A stretch of 17,197 bases of DNA from a virus, in UHGV virus genome UHGV-0182888; one strand, given 5' to 3'. The notes under the pieces were generated by a model, which was not told the DNA's origin, did no database searches, and saw nothing but the letters and a program-made list of their open reading frames with translations. Both the position numbers and the translations under genes were made by a program. The first letter of the stretch is position 1. Each line of letters starts with the position of its first letter. Positions 6,312-14,130 of the stretch are shown here, piece after piece.

Positions 6312-7022
6312 TCACATTTCTGCCACTTTGAGGGCTTCTTCTTCCTCATAGTATTCAAGAGCCATGGCCAACGCAGATTCATCAAGCTGCGTAAAAGCGG
6401 CCTTTAACCCAGCCCAGTGCCCTGAATAGACACGCAACCATGTCGAACGGTCAACGCTAACCATGCGGGCCAACGCTGCACCAGCATAGTCTTTATAGGT
6501 TTCATTATTTCTGGTTGCGGCAATTTCCTGCCCGGCCAGCCATACCAGGCCTATCAGTTTCTTTACTACGCGCTCCTGAAGCGAGTTTTCACCCAGGCAT
6601 TTCTGATAAGTTTTCCAGACGTATTCACACATCATCACCTGGTGCTTATAGCTCAGGTCAAAGCCGTAGCAGTACCGCAACCAGGCCTGCTGGTATCCAC
6701 TAAGCGCGGACACTGCCCTACGCCACGGCGCGGACTCAAATTCCGCATCTTTTATCGGCGGCATTGGCCTGCGGCGGCTGCGTGTTTCCAGTACATACAG
6801 TGGCGCGGAAAGCGAGTGAACAAAGCGTGGCCCCTTCTCTCCTTCAAGTTCGACGAGATGAATTCCACGGCGCGGGGTGGCATTTTTGTCTGCTGGTGGG
6901 TGTTCACTGAAAGCCTCAAGCTGCCCTTTTGTTCCCCCAGAGAGGTCAGGTAGCGCGCGGCGCAATTCTATTCTTACAAAATTCAGGTCTTGTTGATTCA
7001 TGCTTCTTTGCGCTCCATACAC
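6312..7022 (-). CDS. Putative late-gene antiterminator Q (QuuQ-like); start may be the internal Met at 7001
   Basis: 236-aa ORF directly abutting the DUF968 stop and immediately upstream of the promoter/terminator pair and late genes. Synteny matches DUF968–Q pairs in E. coli Qin/DLP12-type prophages (recalled). No confident sequence-level match from memory. Confidence 0.6.
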   Translation of the reverse strand: MYGAQRSMNQQDLNFVRIELRRALPDLSGGTKGQLEAFSEHPPADKNATPRRGIHLVELEGEKGPRFVHSLSAPLYVLETRSRRRPMPPIKDAEFESAPWRRAVSALSGYQQAWLRYCYGFDLSYKHQVMMCEYVWKTYQKCLGENSLQERVVKKLIGLVWLAGQEIAATRNNETYKDYAGAALARMVSVDRSTWLRVYSGHWAGLKAAFTQLDESALAMALEYYEEEEALKVAEM

Positions 7023-8018
7023 TTAAGCTGTCGCAATTACGCCGATCGCCAGCGCCCGATCAATAAAACGCAGTAGCAGCTCAAGCTGCGTACCATGCTT
7101 CTGCTCGAATGCTGGTACATCGGCGTGTAACTCGTCGTGGCACTCTCTGCACAGAGGGATCACGAAGAGGTCATGGGCTTTTGTTGCTGTCCCCCCCATA
7201 CCGTGACCTACGATATGGTGTGGATCATCTGCTGGCCGTCGGCAACACTCACAGGGTTGTGTTTTAACCCAGCGGGTGTACGTCTCATTTATCCAGCGGC
7301 GACGTTTTGGCCTGAGCATAAAAGACTCTGGCGACTCAGGATCAACAGAGAGCGTGAGGATCTTCTTCGCCTTCTCCTGCACGAGTCTGGTTGCTGACGA
7401 GGAAGGCACTATGTCGCTTTCCCTCATGACAGAGCGGATCTTCTCATCCGGAAGGCGCAGCCCTTTGTGCGCAACGCTTTCCGGAATAACATCAGCCAGG
7501 TCGTTTCTGACCATCCACCAGCACAGTTCCGGAAGCGTCAGGATATGCGACTCGGGAAAACCAGAATCACGCCGAATGACTTCCAGAATCCAGGATACCA
7601 GGTTTCCGGCCGCTATACCTGCAAGCTGTTCGGTATGCTGCCCCGACAAAGTGTGATCGCAATGCCAGCACAGGCGAATACTTCCTGGTGGGTGCCGCAT
7701 TGTTGTGAAGTTCTTGTCGTGCCACGTTGAATGTGGCCACTGGCATTCAAACCGATTACTCAACCATTGCTCAAGGGAAGGAAGCCCGCCGGCACGCTGA
7801 ATAACCCGCTCATTCCCGAAGACCTGCCGCATTACCGGATCATCAGCCAGCGGCTGAATGGCGGCGGGAACAGCCCCTGTACTGAATGACGCCATTTCTT
7901 CTGGTTCAGGCTCGAGCAGAACGCGACCGCGCATGAAGAGATGCATCAGTTCCGCACCGGGCCGAAACAACACAATCCCCATACGATGGGCTACTTCAGG
8001 AGTTAACAAAGCCCTCAC
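7023..8018 (-). CDS. DUF968-family protein with C-terminal HNH-like zinc-binding motif (YdfU-like)
   Basis: 331 aa. C-terminus CECCRRPADDPHHIVGHGMGGTATKAHDLFVIPLCRECHDELH gives C-x2-C … HH … C-x2-C-H-x3-H. ATGA overlap with the upstream antirepressor stop. Conserved position upstream of Q. Confidence 0.75.
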   Translation of the reverse strand: MRALLTPEVAHRMGIVLFRPGAELMHLFMRGRVLLEPEPEEMASFSTGAVPAAIQPLADDPVMRQVFGNERVIQRAGGLPSLEQWLSNRFECQWPHSTWHDKNFTTMRHPPGSIRLCWHCDHTLSGQHTEQLAGIAAGNLVSWILEVIRRDSGFPESHILTLPELCWWMVRNDLADVIPESVAHKGLRLPDEKIRSVMRESDIVPSSSATRLVQEKAKKILTLSVDPESPESFMLRPKRRRWINETYTRWVKTQPCECCRRPADDPHHIVGHGMGGTATKAHDLFVIPLCRECHDELHADVPAFEQKHGTQLELLLRFIDRALAIGVIATA

Positions 8019-8701
8019 GCCGCCTGTCCCCCTGCAATATATTCAGCCCACAAACCACCAATCCAGCGGACCCCCTTGGCAGTGAAACGCGTCTGGCTGA
8101 ATGCGTGGTTAGATGTACTCGATGTTCCCGTCTTAACTTCAAATCTTCCCGCGGAAATGTGCTGCGCCATGGGGGTAAGTGTGCCGCCGAGGCGATATAG
8201 GATATTGCGTTCAATGAGGAACAGGCGGAACTCGGTTTCTTTTGCGTTAAGCAATTTGGCTACCTGCCGAAATGACATGGAGCCTTTTGCAGAGCAATAA
8301 CGATCAACAAACTCCACTTTTGGCGCCGCGGCTGCCAGCTGGATGGTCAGTTGCTCTTTCTGCTCGGCTAAATCAGCAGCCAGGCGAAGCGCTTCCGGCA
8401 ATGAGCGGGGAACACTGACACTCTGCCCTTCTTCCAGTTCCTGCCAGCGATCGACAACCGCGGCGGTAAATTCAGGAGACAGTCTGGCAACAATCACCAG
8501 AGAGTCGCGTTTGTTAAAACGATACTCCTGGTACACATTACCGTTATGCTCAAAATCGAACTGCGCCAACGGCGCGGTTAAAATTCCCGCAGCAACAAGA
8601 CGCTCAGCCGAGCGTTTCACGTCACTGTGTTTACTCTGAACCAGATCCGCAATATCACGGCTGGACATTGTTACTACACCATTCACGATAAACTGGCTCA
8701 T
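8015..8701 (-). CDS. Phage antirepressor / regulatory protein, Rha family
   Basis: Rha-type N-terminus MSQFIVNGVVTMSSRDIADLVQSKHSDVKRSAERL. Preferred start is ATG 8701, which has SD GGAGA 5-6 nt upstream; the ORF-track start at 8740 has no SD. Confidence 0.8.
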   Translation of the reverse strand: MSQFIVNGVVTMSSRDIADLVQSKHSDVKRSAERLVAAGILTAPLAQFDFEHNGNVYQEYRFNKRDSLVIVARLSPEFTAAVVDRWQELEEGQSVSVPRSLPEALRLAADLAEQKEQLTIQLAAAAPKVEFVDRYCSAKGSMSFRQVAKLLNAKETEFRLFLIERNILYRLGGTLTPMAQHISAGRFEVKTGTSSTSNHAFSQTRFTAKGVRWIGGLWAEYIAGGQAA

Positions 8702-8714
8702 ACTTTTCTCCATA

Positions 8715-9101
8715 TCAGGCGGCTGCACCCGCCGGTTCATATCTGCTGATCGTTATCTCTACCCGACCTTTCGGCACAACGGGTCCCCATTCCACCAGCA
8801 TGCGCTTAATCTGGCTGTCGTCTTCCCAGACACCCGCATGCGTCAGCGCGTCAAACAGGGCTTTGTTGTAATTATCGATATCCCGGCGGCGCGCATCCGG
8901 CGGGTACAGGGTGATTTCTACCGCTGCAAGTTCAGTCGATGGCTTTGGAAGGCGTCGTAATTGCTCAATGATCGCCACGCAGGCAGCGCTCTGGTATTTA
9001 CGGCCATCAGCGCTAATGAGGTGACGACCGGCCAGCGGCCCCTTGTTAGGGGCGCGCCAGTAAGTGTTCACGCTCGGAGGAAAAGGCAGGATCAGTTTCA
9101 C
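8715..9101 (-). CDS. rusA: Holliday junction resolvase RusA
   Basis: 128 aa. LPFPPSVNTYWR … DARRRDIDNYNKALFDALTHAGVWEDDSQI … GRVEITI matches the RusA pattern (PPS.N.Y, D.RRRD.DN..KA.FDALT.AG.W.DD) from recall. Confidence 0.9.
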   Translation of the reverse strand: MKLILPFPPSVNTYWRAPNKGPLAGRHLISADGRKYQSAACVAIIEQLRRLPKPSTELAAVEITLYPPDARRRDIDNYNKALFDALTHAGVWEDDSQIKRMLVEWGPVVPKGRVEITISRYEPAGAAA

Positions 9102-10417
9102 GCGGCCTCTCCCCTCATACTGCGAACAAGTTCAGAAGCTGCAGTAATGATTTCGCTGGTGGCCGTCCGCTCCAGCCAGAGTTGATTGATATTGGCTTTC
9201 AGCTTGTTCTGCTGTGATTCATCCAGCATGTCAGCGCCATCAACCTGGTCGAATACAATTCCAACCTCCAACGGCCAGATACGGGACTCGGGAAGCGGAT
9301 CCGCCACTGGTTTAGCTTTCTCACGGATGTGCATGCGGATGTGGCGAATATTGGACCAACTGGAAACATCCAGGCTTCCCATAGCTGCAATGAAATCAGC
9401 ACTGTTCATGCCATATTCACCGGATGCTTCAAGGGCAACAGTGCGAATACGTTCCGACATATCCAGGCGCGCAGCAGCGTCATCGAATTGAATCGACAAC
9501 AGCCACTCATCCACACCGAACAAAATACTCTCACGAATAAGCAGCTTCGCTTTGTCGATCGTTAATGGTGATACCTGAGAGAATTCCGGTGCTTCGACAG
9601 AATCCGCCGCCCAGGTATGCCCAAACTTCGATTCACTGAATGTGTATTCTTCTTTATCGCCGAACGCAGCTCTAACACATGCCCACGCTTCGACACCGCT
9701 GATATCAAAAATATCTTTCTGGGTGAGTGGCAACTCTGTTTCTGGCTTACCGGCTACTGTTGGTGTGGACGTTGCTGGTTGAGGTTTGCTGGCAGCAAAT
9801 TGTGCCAAAGCCATAAACGCACGCCCTTTTGCCTCCAGTTCTGTACGGTTGATATAGCTGAAACGCTCGCCACGCCATGACTTATCGAATACAGCTATGG
9901 CACCGGCAAAAAACGCGCTGGTGGGTTTTTGTTTTTCGTCAGCAGGTACAAACCACACTGGCAGATCGAACCCAATGCGCCCGCGGATGAATACAATGTG
10001 ATCGGCATCTTCCGGCCACCACGTTTCGCTCGGCGCAGCTTTTATCAGGAATACATAGCGACCGCCCTTTTCGCGCTGGGCTGCTGCGTAGTTCATGATG
10101 TGCGTCATGCCGGTGATCGCCTGTTTCTCGTGGTACTGCGAACGGCTATACGGTGGGTTGCCATAACCTGCACCACCCAGTTCTGCCAGACGTTCAGACC
10201 AGTCCTGTGTCAGTGCATTATCTTCGGCGGTGTACCATGCCGGGCACTTCGCGTTGTCGTCGTCAGCAAACAAGTCCAGAACTAATGGACCAAATAGCGC
10301 GTTGATACCCCAGAAAAGCAGATCCGGTGTTCGCCACTGATCGCCAACCTCTTTCAGTTCGTGGGCTGGTTTGCTGCGCAGTGCCGCCAGCGCCTGGCAA
10401 TATTTGTTTAACGTCAT
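9098..10417 (-). CDS. Phage Dam-like N6-adenine methyltransferase domain (about 180 aa, NPPYS motif) fused to an uncharacterised C-terminal domain of about 250 aa
   Basis: N-terminal WRTPDLLFWGINALFGPLVLDLFADDDN … GYGNPPYS … FIRGRIGF pattern is typical of the phage Dam family (Pfam Dam, PF05869). Single uninterrupted 439-aa ORF. ATGA overlaps with both neighbours. Resembles the YfdM/YfdN region of E. coli CPS-53 (recalled). Confidence 0.8.
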   Translation of the reverse strand: MTLNKYCQALAALRSKPAHELKEVGDQWRTPDLLFWGINALFGPLVLDLFADDDNAKCPAWYTAEDNALTQDWSERLAELGGAGYGNPPYSRSQYHEKQAITGMTHIMNYAAAQREKGGRYVFLIKAAPSETWWPEDADHIVFIRGRIGFDLPVWFVPADEKQKPTSAFFAGAIAVFDKSWRGERFSYINRTELEAKGRAFMALAQFAASKPQPATSTPTVAGKPETELPLTQKDIFDISGVEAWACVRAAFGDKEEYTFSESKFGHTWAADSVEAPEFSQVSPLTIDKAKLLIRESILFGVDEWLLSIQFDDAAARLDMSERIRTVALEASGEYGMNSADFIAAMGSLDVSSWSNIRHIRMHIREKAKPVADPLPESRIWPLEVGIVFDQVDGADMLDESQQNKLKANINQLWLERTATSEIITAASELVRSMRGEAA

Positions 10418-11271
10418 CCTCTGAACCCCTCTGGAATCGTTGTTTCAACCGGACCAAAAGCCATCACATCGCGCTTTTTCGCGCCCCAGTCAGCCCGTTT
10501 AGGCCGTCCCTTCTGCTCCCAGCAGGTAGCGCTTTGCAGATAGCTCTCGAATTTCTTCGGGCCGAACAGCGTTTCCGGACGCATGTACTGGTACTGCTCG
10601 TCGTTCTCGTGCCAGTGCTCATGCTTCAGGTCGATAACAAGTTGCAGGTCTGCAACGCTGTATCCCTCACGCAGTCGGGCACGGATGTTCTCCAGGGATG
10701 TTTTTGATTTCTGATACCGGGATCCGCTGATCTGGTTCAAATGGGTCAGAACCAAAATTGCCTGATCAGTAATCACGACTTCAGGGTCTGGTTGCGCCGC
10801 AACCGGACAAGAGGGTTTTGAAGTTACTTGTGGATCTTGTTTTGATTTTACTGACGGATCCCCGCCAGATTCTGACGGGTCAAAACCGCCATTTTTGCCA
10901 GATTTCGACGGGTCAGCTTTTGAGGTGTCAAAATTTGATGCGTCAGATTTTGACGTGTCAGAATCTGACAGTTGAGAAAATGCGGCAGCCTGAAGTTTCG
11001 CCACATTCAGGCGGTAAACGTTCGAAGCATTACGGTTACCATTACGGCGCTGTGTACGCGTGAGCCAGCCATCTTTTTCAAGCTTAGCGATTGCCGTTCT
11101 GATAGTGCTCGGCCCTGCGCCAAGCTGGCGAGCGATAGTTTCAATAGACGGCCAGCACACCCCCTCATCGCTGCTAAAATCAGCAAGGCGCGCCATGATC
11201 GCGACACTAGACAACTTCATGCCCGACGCCGCGCAACCATCCCATACGTAGCCGGTTAATTTAGTGCTCAT
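10414..11271 (-). CDS. Replication initiator (O-like): N-terminal HTH domain, C-terminal phage replication domain (Phg_2220_C-like)
   Basis: 285 aa. N-terminal HTH-like region (WPSIETIARQLGAGPSTIRTAIAKLEKDGWL). C-terminal VLTHLNQISGSRYQKSKTSLENIRARLREGYSVADLQLVIDLKHEHW … FGPKKFESYL. Iteron-like direct repeats inside the central low-complexity linker. Confidence 0.8.
   Translation of the reverse strand: MSTKLTGYVWDGCAASGMKLSSVAIMARLADFSSDEGVCWPSIETIARQLGAGPSTIRTAIAKLEKDGWLTRTQRRNGNRNASNVYRLNVAKLQAAAFSQLSDSDTSKSDASNFDTSKADPSKSGKNGGFDPSESGGDPSVKSKQDPQVTSKPSCPVAAQPDPEVVITDQAILVLTHLNQISGSRYQKSKTSLENIRARLREGYSVADLQLVIDLKHEHWHENDEQYQYMRPETLFGPKKFESYLQSATCWEQKGRPKRADWGAKKRDVMAFGPVETTIPEGFRG
10844..10975 (-). 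repeat. Iteron array (putative replication origin) inside the O-like gene
   Basis: At least five direct repeats of a roughly 15-bp core GATTYTGACGGGTCA: gattctgacgggtca 10867..10882, gatttcgacgggtca 10900..10915, aatttgatgcgtca about 10932..10945, gattttgacgtgtca 10946..10960, gaatctgacagttga 10961..10975, plus a degenerate copy at 10844..10860. Analogous to ori-lambda iterons within O. Confidence 0.65.
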
Positions 11272-11440
11272 GATCGTCCGTTATCTCCCTGAACTTTTGC
11301 CTGAAATGCTCAAGTGGGCTGAAGCATTCGTGCGGGTAGCCATCACGCAGGTAGATAACGCGTTGTGTTTCTGGTTCCCAGCGGATAACACGGACAGACA
11401 CTCCGCGGTGGTCTTTGAACCTTCGGTTAAGTTCGCGCAC
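11261..11440 (-). CDS. Small hypothetical protein (59 aa, GTG start), translationally coupled to the O-like gene
   Basis: Minus-strand ORF VRELNRRFKDHRGVSVRVIRWEPETQRVIYLRDGYPHECFSPLEHFRQKFREITDDHEH. GGAGGG lies 10 nt upstream of GTG 11440. Its stop overlaps the O-like start (…CATGAGCACTAA…). Not in the ORF track (under 60 aa, no ATG). Confidence 0.4.
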   Translation of the reverse strand: MRELNRRFKDHRGVSVRVIRWEPETQRVIYLRDGYPHECFSPLEHFRQKFREITDDHEH

Positions 11441-11612
11441 TGGCGTTTTGCCCTCCGGTTGTAGACCCCCACAATTGAAACCGCCCTACTGTGGTTACAC
11501 GGAATCCAGCGGTTTGATAATCTGCGTTCATACCGAAACAACGGAGTACCCGAAACCGGGATCATCCTGAGTTGCGGTAGACGGTTAAAAGCCGTTAAAC
11601 TGCTCATGCGGA

Positions 11613-12179
11613 TTATTTCTCCATACTCGAAGAGTTGTTCGCCAAGGCGCCCGGAGCTGCACACTCGCGGGCGTCATTCTTTTCTGGCGCGCAGAAAACA
11701 CGGAATAGCAGCGTCAAATGCTCCTGCCACTTAGCCATTACCTGATAACTGTTCTCTTCAATCTGCTCACGTTCTGCCGGATCAATAACCCCGTCGGCGG
11801 TTGCCTTACGCAGGTACTGCGAGTGTTTGCCAATCCATTCGATTGACTCCATCAGACGCTGGTTGATATCGCCGTTATCAAGATCATCTACTTCCACCAG
11901 CGGAACGAATACACCACCACTACGGCGGGCTATCGCATCGGTGACATACTTAGTACCGCTCGCATCCTGAAGCACCATCGCCCACTCAAGCGGGAAAATT
12001 TGATCACCTTCGTTACGTAGTCGGTTATAGAGTGCATCCGTTGAGAGTTTTCCAGCGCGGTACAGACCAAGCCATTCAGCTGCTTCGGCATACCCACCAG
12101 ACATTTCGGCGATCGTTCTTTTGATTGCAGCCACCAGCCAAGCTGGTTGTCGCTCTACTTTCCAGTGTTGTTTATCCAC
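11613..12179 (-). CDS. CII-like lysogeny regulator (phage 186 CII / Phage_CP76-like)
   Basis: 188 aa. The segment YAEAAEWLGLYRAGKLSTDALYNRLRNEGDQIFPLEW resembles the 186 CII HTH region (…LRNKLNPEQPHQFTPPELW…) from recall. Located directly downstream of cro on the early-right strand. Confidence 0.6.
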   Translation of the reverse strand: MDKQHWKVERQPAWLVAAIKRTIAEMSGGYAEAAEWLGLYRAGKLSTDALYNRLRNEGDQIFPLEWAMVLQDASGTKYVTDAIARRSGGVFVPLVEVDDLDNGDINQRLMESIEWIGKHSQYLRKATADGVIDPAEREQIEENSYQVMAKWQEHLTLLFRVFCAPEKNDARECAAPGALANNSSSMEK

Positions 12180-12207
12180 GGTTGTCCCCTATTTTCTGTG
12201 GTTTTAA

Positions 12208-12405
12208 TCACGCAGCCGAATGACTACGCTTTTCATAAAGGGATTGGTTAACTTTCAAATCACCTTTCGTCAGCGCCTGGATCTCAAATGCCCTCCCCTT
12301 TGGGATAACTTCATCCCAGCCCGATACAGATGCGTGGGAGATATTCAGCGCCTTGGCGGTTTTCCCTACGCCACCGAAGTAAGAGATAACGTCATTCTTT
12401 TTCAT
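12208..12405 (-). CDS. Cro-like repressor (small HTH protein, YdaS/Cro family)
   Basis: 65 aa, MKKNDVISYFGGVGKTAKALNISHASVSGWDEVIPKGRAFEIQALTKGDL. Divergent from cI across an operator-containing intergenic region of about 100 bp. SD GAGGG upstream of ATG 12405. Confidence 0.75.
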   Translation of the reverse strand: MKKNDVISYFGGVGKTAKALNISHASVSGWDEVIPKGRAFEIQALTKGDLKVNQSLYEKRSHSAA

Positions 12406-12442
12406 TTTTCCCTCTGGAGTTAGGTCATGCAGTGCATAGATA

Positions 12443-12504
12443 GTAGGATATCTTACATAAAATGGTCAAGCACTCCTACATTAGAAAATGGTAGGATTGC
12501 CTAC
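12443..12504. promoter_or_regulatory. OR-like operator region between cro and cI (14-bp palindromes GTAGG-N4-CYTAC)
   Basis: gtaggatatcttac at 12443..12456 and the perfect palindrome gtaggattgcctac at 12491..12504, with a weaker third half-site (cctac 12475..12479). The second site abuts the cI ATG at 12505, suggesting a leaderless cI mRNA. Confidence 0.5.
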
Positions 12505-13161
12505 ATGAAAATGAATGATCGAATCCGAAGCAGACGAAAAGAGCTGAAGATGACGCAATCCGTCCTGGCAAAGCTTGTCGGGGTAAACCGCGTCACGATC
12601 ACCGGCTGGGAATCTGGTGACTATAAACCTGGCGGTGAGAACCTTCAGGCGCTTGCGGCTGCTCTTGAAAAGACACCGCAGTGGTTGCTGGAGGGTAAGG
12701 ATGACGGGAAACAACAACCGCCAACAATGAACCCAGAGCAGAGATTCGGAATTAGATCAGTTCCCGTTTTAACGTGGGTGCAAGCCGGGGAATGGACTGC
12801 CAATAGCGGTGCGATAACGGAACGAGACATTCAAGACTGGGTTTACACTTCAGCAGCTGTTTCAGAGAGCGCTTTTGCACTAATAGTCCGCGGTGACTCA
12901 ATGACTAACCCAAATGGCGCACCAAGCATCCCGGAGGGCTCTCTCGTCGTCGTAGAACCTGACTTTGGAGATGCCAGCCAAGCAAATGGTAAAATTGTCA
13001 TTGCTCAGCTAATGGGAAGTGACGAAGCCACTATAAAAAAATTCGTCATTGATGGTCCGCTTAAATACCTTGTACCTCTCAATCCCAACTACAGGATGCT
13101 CGAGGTAAACGGCAACTGCCGTTTGGTCGGATTAGTAAGACAAGTGATAATGGATTTATAA
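12505..13161 (+). CDS. cI-like repressor (N-terminal HTH, C-terminal LexA/S24 autopeptidase domain)
   Basis: HTH region MTQSVLAKLVGVNRVTITGWESG. Ala-Gly cleavage site (WVQAGEW). S24 catalytic motifs VRGDSM (Ser) and a conserved Lys (EATIKKF). Start taken at ATG 12505 (MKMNDR…); the ORF-track start at 12427 would leave no room for operators. Confidence 0.9.
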   Translation: MKMNDRIRSRRKELKMTQSVLAKLVGVNRVTITGWESGDYKPGGENLQALAAALEKTPQWLLEGKDDGKQQPPTMNPEQRFGIRSVPVLTWVQAGEWTANSGAITERDIQDWVYTSAAVSESAFALIVRGDSMTNPNGAPSIPEGSLVVVEPDFGDASQANGKIVIAQLMGSDEATIKKFVIDGPLKYLVPLNPNYRMLEVNGNCRLVGLVRQVIMDL

Positions 13162-13162
13162 G

Positions 13163-13188
13163 GAAACCGGGTTATCCCGGTTTTTTTT
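13163..13188 (+). terminator. Rho-independent terminator after cI
   Basis: Stem aaccggg (13165..13171) pairs with cccggtt (13176..13182), loop ttat, followed by a T-run (8 T at 13181..13188), 4 nt after the cI stop. Confidence 0.7.
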
Positions 13189-13199
13189 CACCCCTCAAT

Positions 13200-13251
13200 G
13201 TAAGTTATCCAACATTTCCTCTTGACCTTTCTTTGTAAGTTATCCTACACT
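13200..13251 (+). promoter_or_regulatory. OL/pL-like region: two operator-like sites and a sigma70-like promoter reading rightward
   Basis: gtaagttatccaac at 13200..13213 and gtaagttatcctac at 13235..13248 match the OR pattern GTARG-N4-CYTAC. -35 TTGACC at 13222..13227 and -10 TACACT at 13246..13251 (18-nt spacer), with the second operator overlapping the spacer and -10. Confidence 0.45.
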
Positions 13252-13550
13252 AAATAAACAAACAGCGAACAGGCAGGACGCCCACGAAGTAGCCGCCGGT
13301 GGCATATGAATAACCGGATGATTCGCTGACAGGTGTCTTCGGGAGGGGTAACAGAGGCGCGGTCTGATTAACCGCAACTCGTAGTCAAATTCCTATAGCT
13401 GGTGGCGATACCCAAGCCAGGAATACCAAAACCAGCAGGAGTGTTAAGGGCAAGGGCTAATCACCCCCTTAGCACCCCGCCCGAAGATACCTACCACCAC
13501 GCCTGATGTGGTTAAAAGCAGGCCAAAGCAATAACAAGTAACTCCCTGTT

Positions 13551-13600
13551 CTGGCGGCCCGGTGTTTTCACGTTTGTCCGGTAACCGCCAGCCTTTTTCA
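13551..13600 (+). terminator. Terminator-like hairpin within the early-left leader
   Basis: ctggcgg (13551..13557) pairs with ccgccag (13585..13591) around an inner ccgg/ccgg stem, followed by CTTTTTC (T-run 13595..13599). Lies between the pL-like promoter and the first early-left gene. Confidence 0.4.
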
Positions 13601-13758
13601 GGGCGCAACAGAAAAGGGTATCACCGGGCGACGGGCTCATAACCCAATCCCCCCGGGCAAGAGGATGGCGATTGCAGTCGCCGACAAATGCAGGTGCCCT
13701 TCTCTGTTGTGTATGGAGAAAGTTCGGCGGTTGCAGCCGCCTTAACGAGGGTAAAACC

Positions 13759-14130
13759 ATGAGTAATGACCGCATGACCGTAGTGCCAGATTTCCTTGGC
13801 GAACTGGATGCCGGCGTGTTCATGAACAAAATCGCGGCAGCACTTAATACCACCGCGCTTGGCGTTCTGAACAACGGCAACAAAGGCAAAGTAGTCCTCA
13901 CATTTGATTTTGAGCGCATGGGTAATTCCGTTGAAGAGAAGCGCGTCAAGATCAAGCACAAGCTGAACTACAGCACCCCAACACCGCGTGGTAAAGCCTC
14001 CGAAGAGGACACAACCGAAACCCCGATGTGGGTCAACAAAGGCGGGAAGCTCACCATCCTGCAGGAAGATCAGGGTCAGCTGTTCGGGATCACTGGCGCG
14101 GTGGATGGAAAGCTTAAAGCGGCTCAGTGA
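13759..14130 (+). CDS. Hypothetical protein (123 aa), first gene of the early-left operon (YfdP-like by recall)
   Basis: ATG 13759 with SD GAGGG 8 nt upstream; the ORF-track entry 13672..14130 uses an upstream TTG. Acidic/neutral product, not arginine-rich, so not N-like. Confidence 0.65.
   Translation: MSNDRMTVVPDFLGELDAGVFMNKIAAALNTTALGVLNNGNKGKVVLTFDFERMGNSVEEKRVKIKHKLNYSTPTPRGKASEEDTTETPMWVNKGGKLTILQEDQGQLFGITGAVDGKLKAAQ

Noticed and set aside
6515-6953. Plus-strand ORFs (62 aa, 103 aa) antisense to the putative Q gene
   Set aside because: Antisense overlaps; Arg/Pro-rich products typical of GC-rich out-of-frame translation.
7137-8300. Several plus-strand ORFs (74-126 aa) and a 72-aa minus-strand ORF overlapping the DUF968 and antirepressor genes
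   Set aside because: All overlap longer, translationally coupled minus-strand genes with recognisable motifs.
11281-11664. 127-aa minus-strand ORF overlapping the CII-like end and the small GTG ORF
   Set aside because: Cys/Ser/Arg-rich low-complexity product; overlaps the CII-like gene 3' end in another frame; the 59-aa frame looks more protein-like and is coupled to the O-like start.
13512-13961. Minus-strand ORFs (149 aa, 112 aa) across the early-left leader and first gene
   Set aside because: Antisense to the first early-left gene; would run head-on into the pL-like promoter; compositionally unconvincing.
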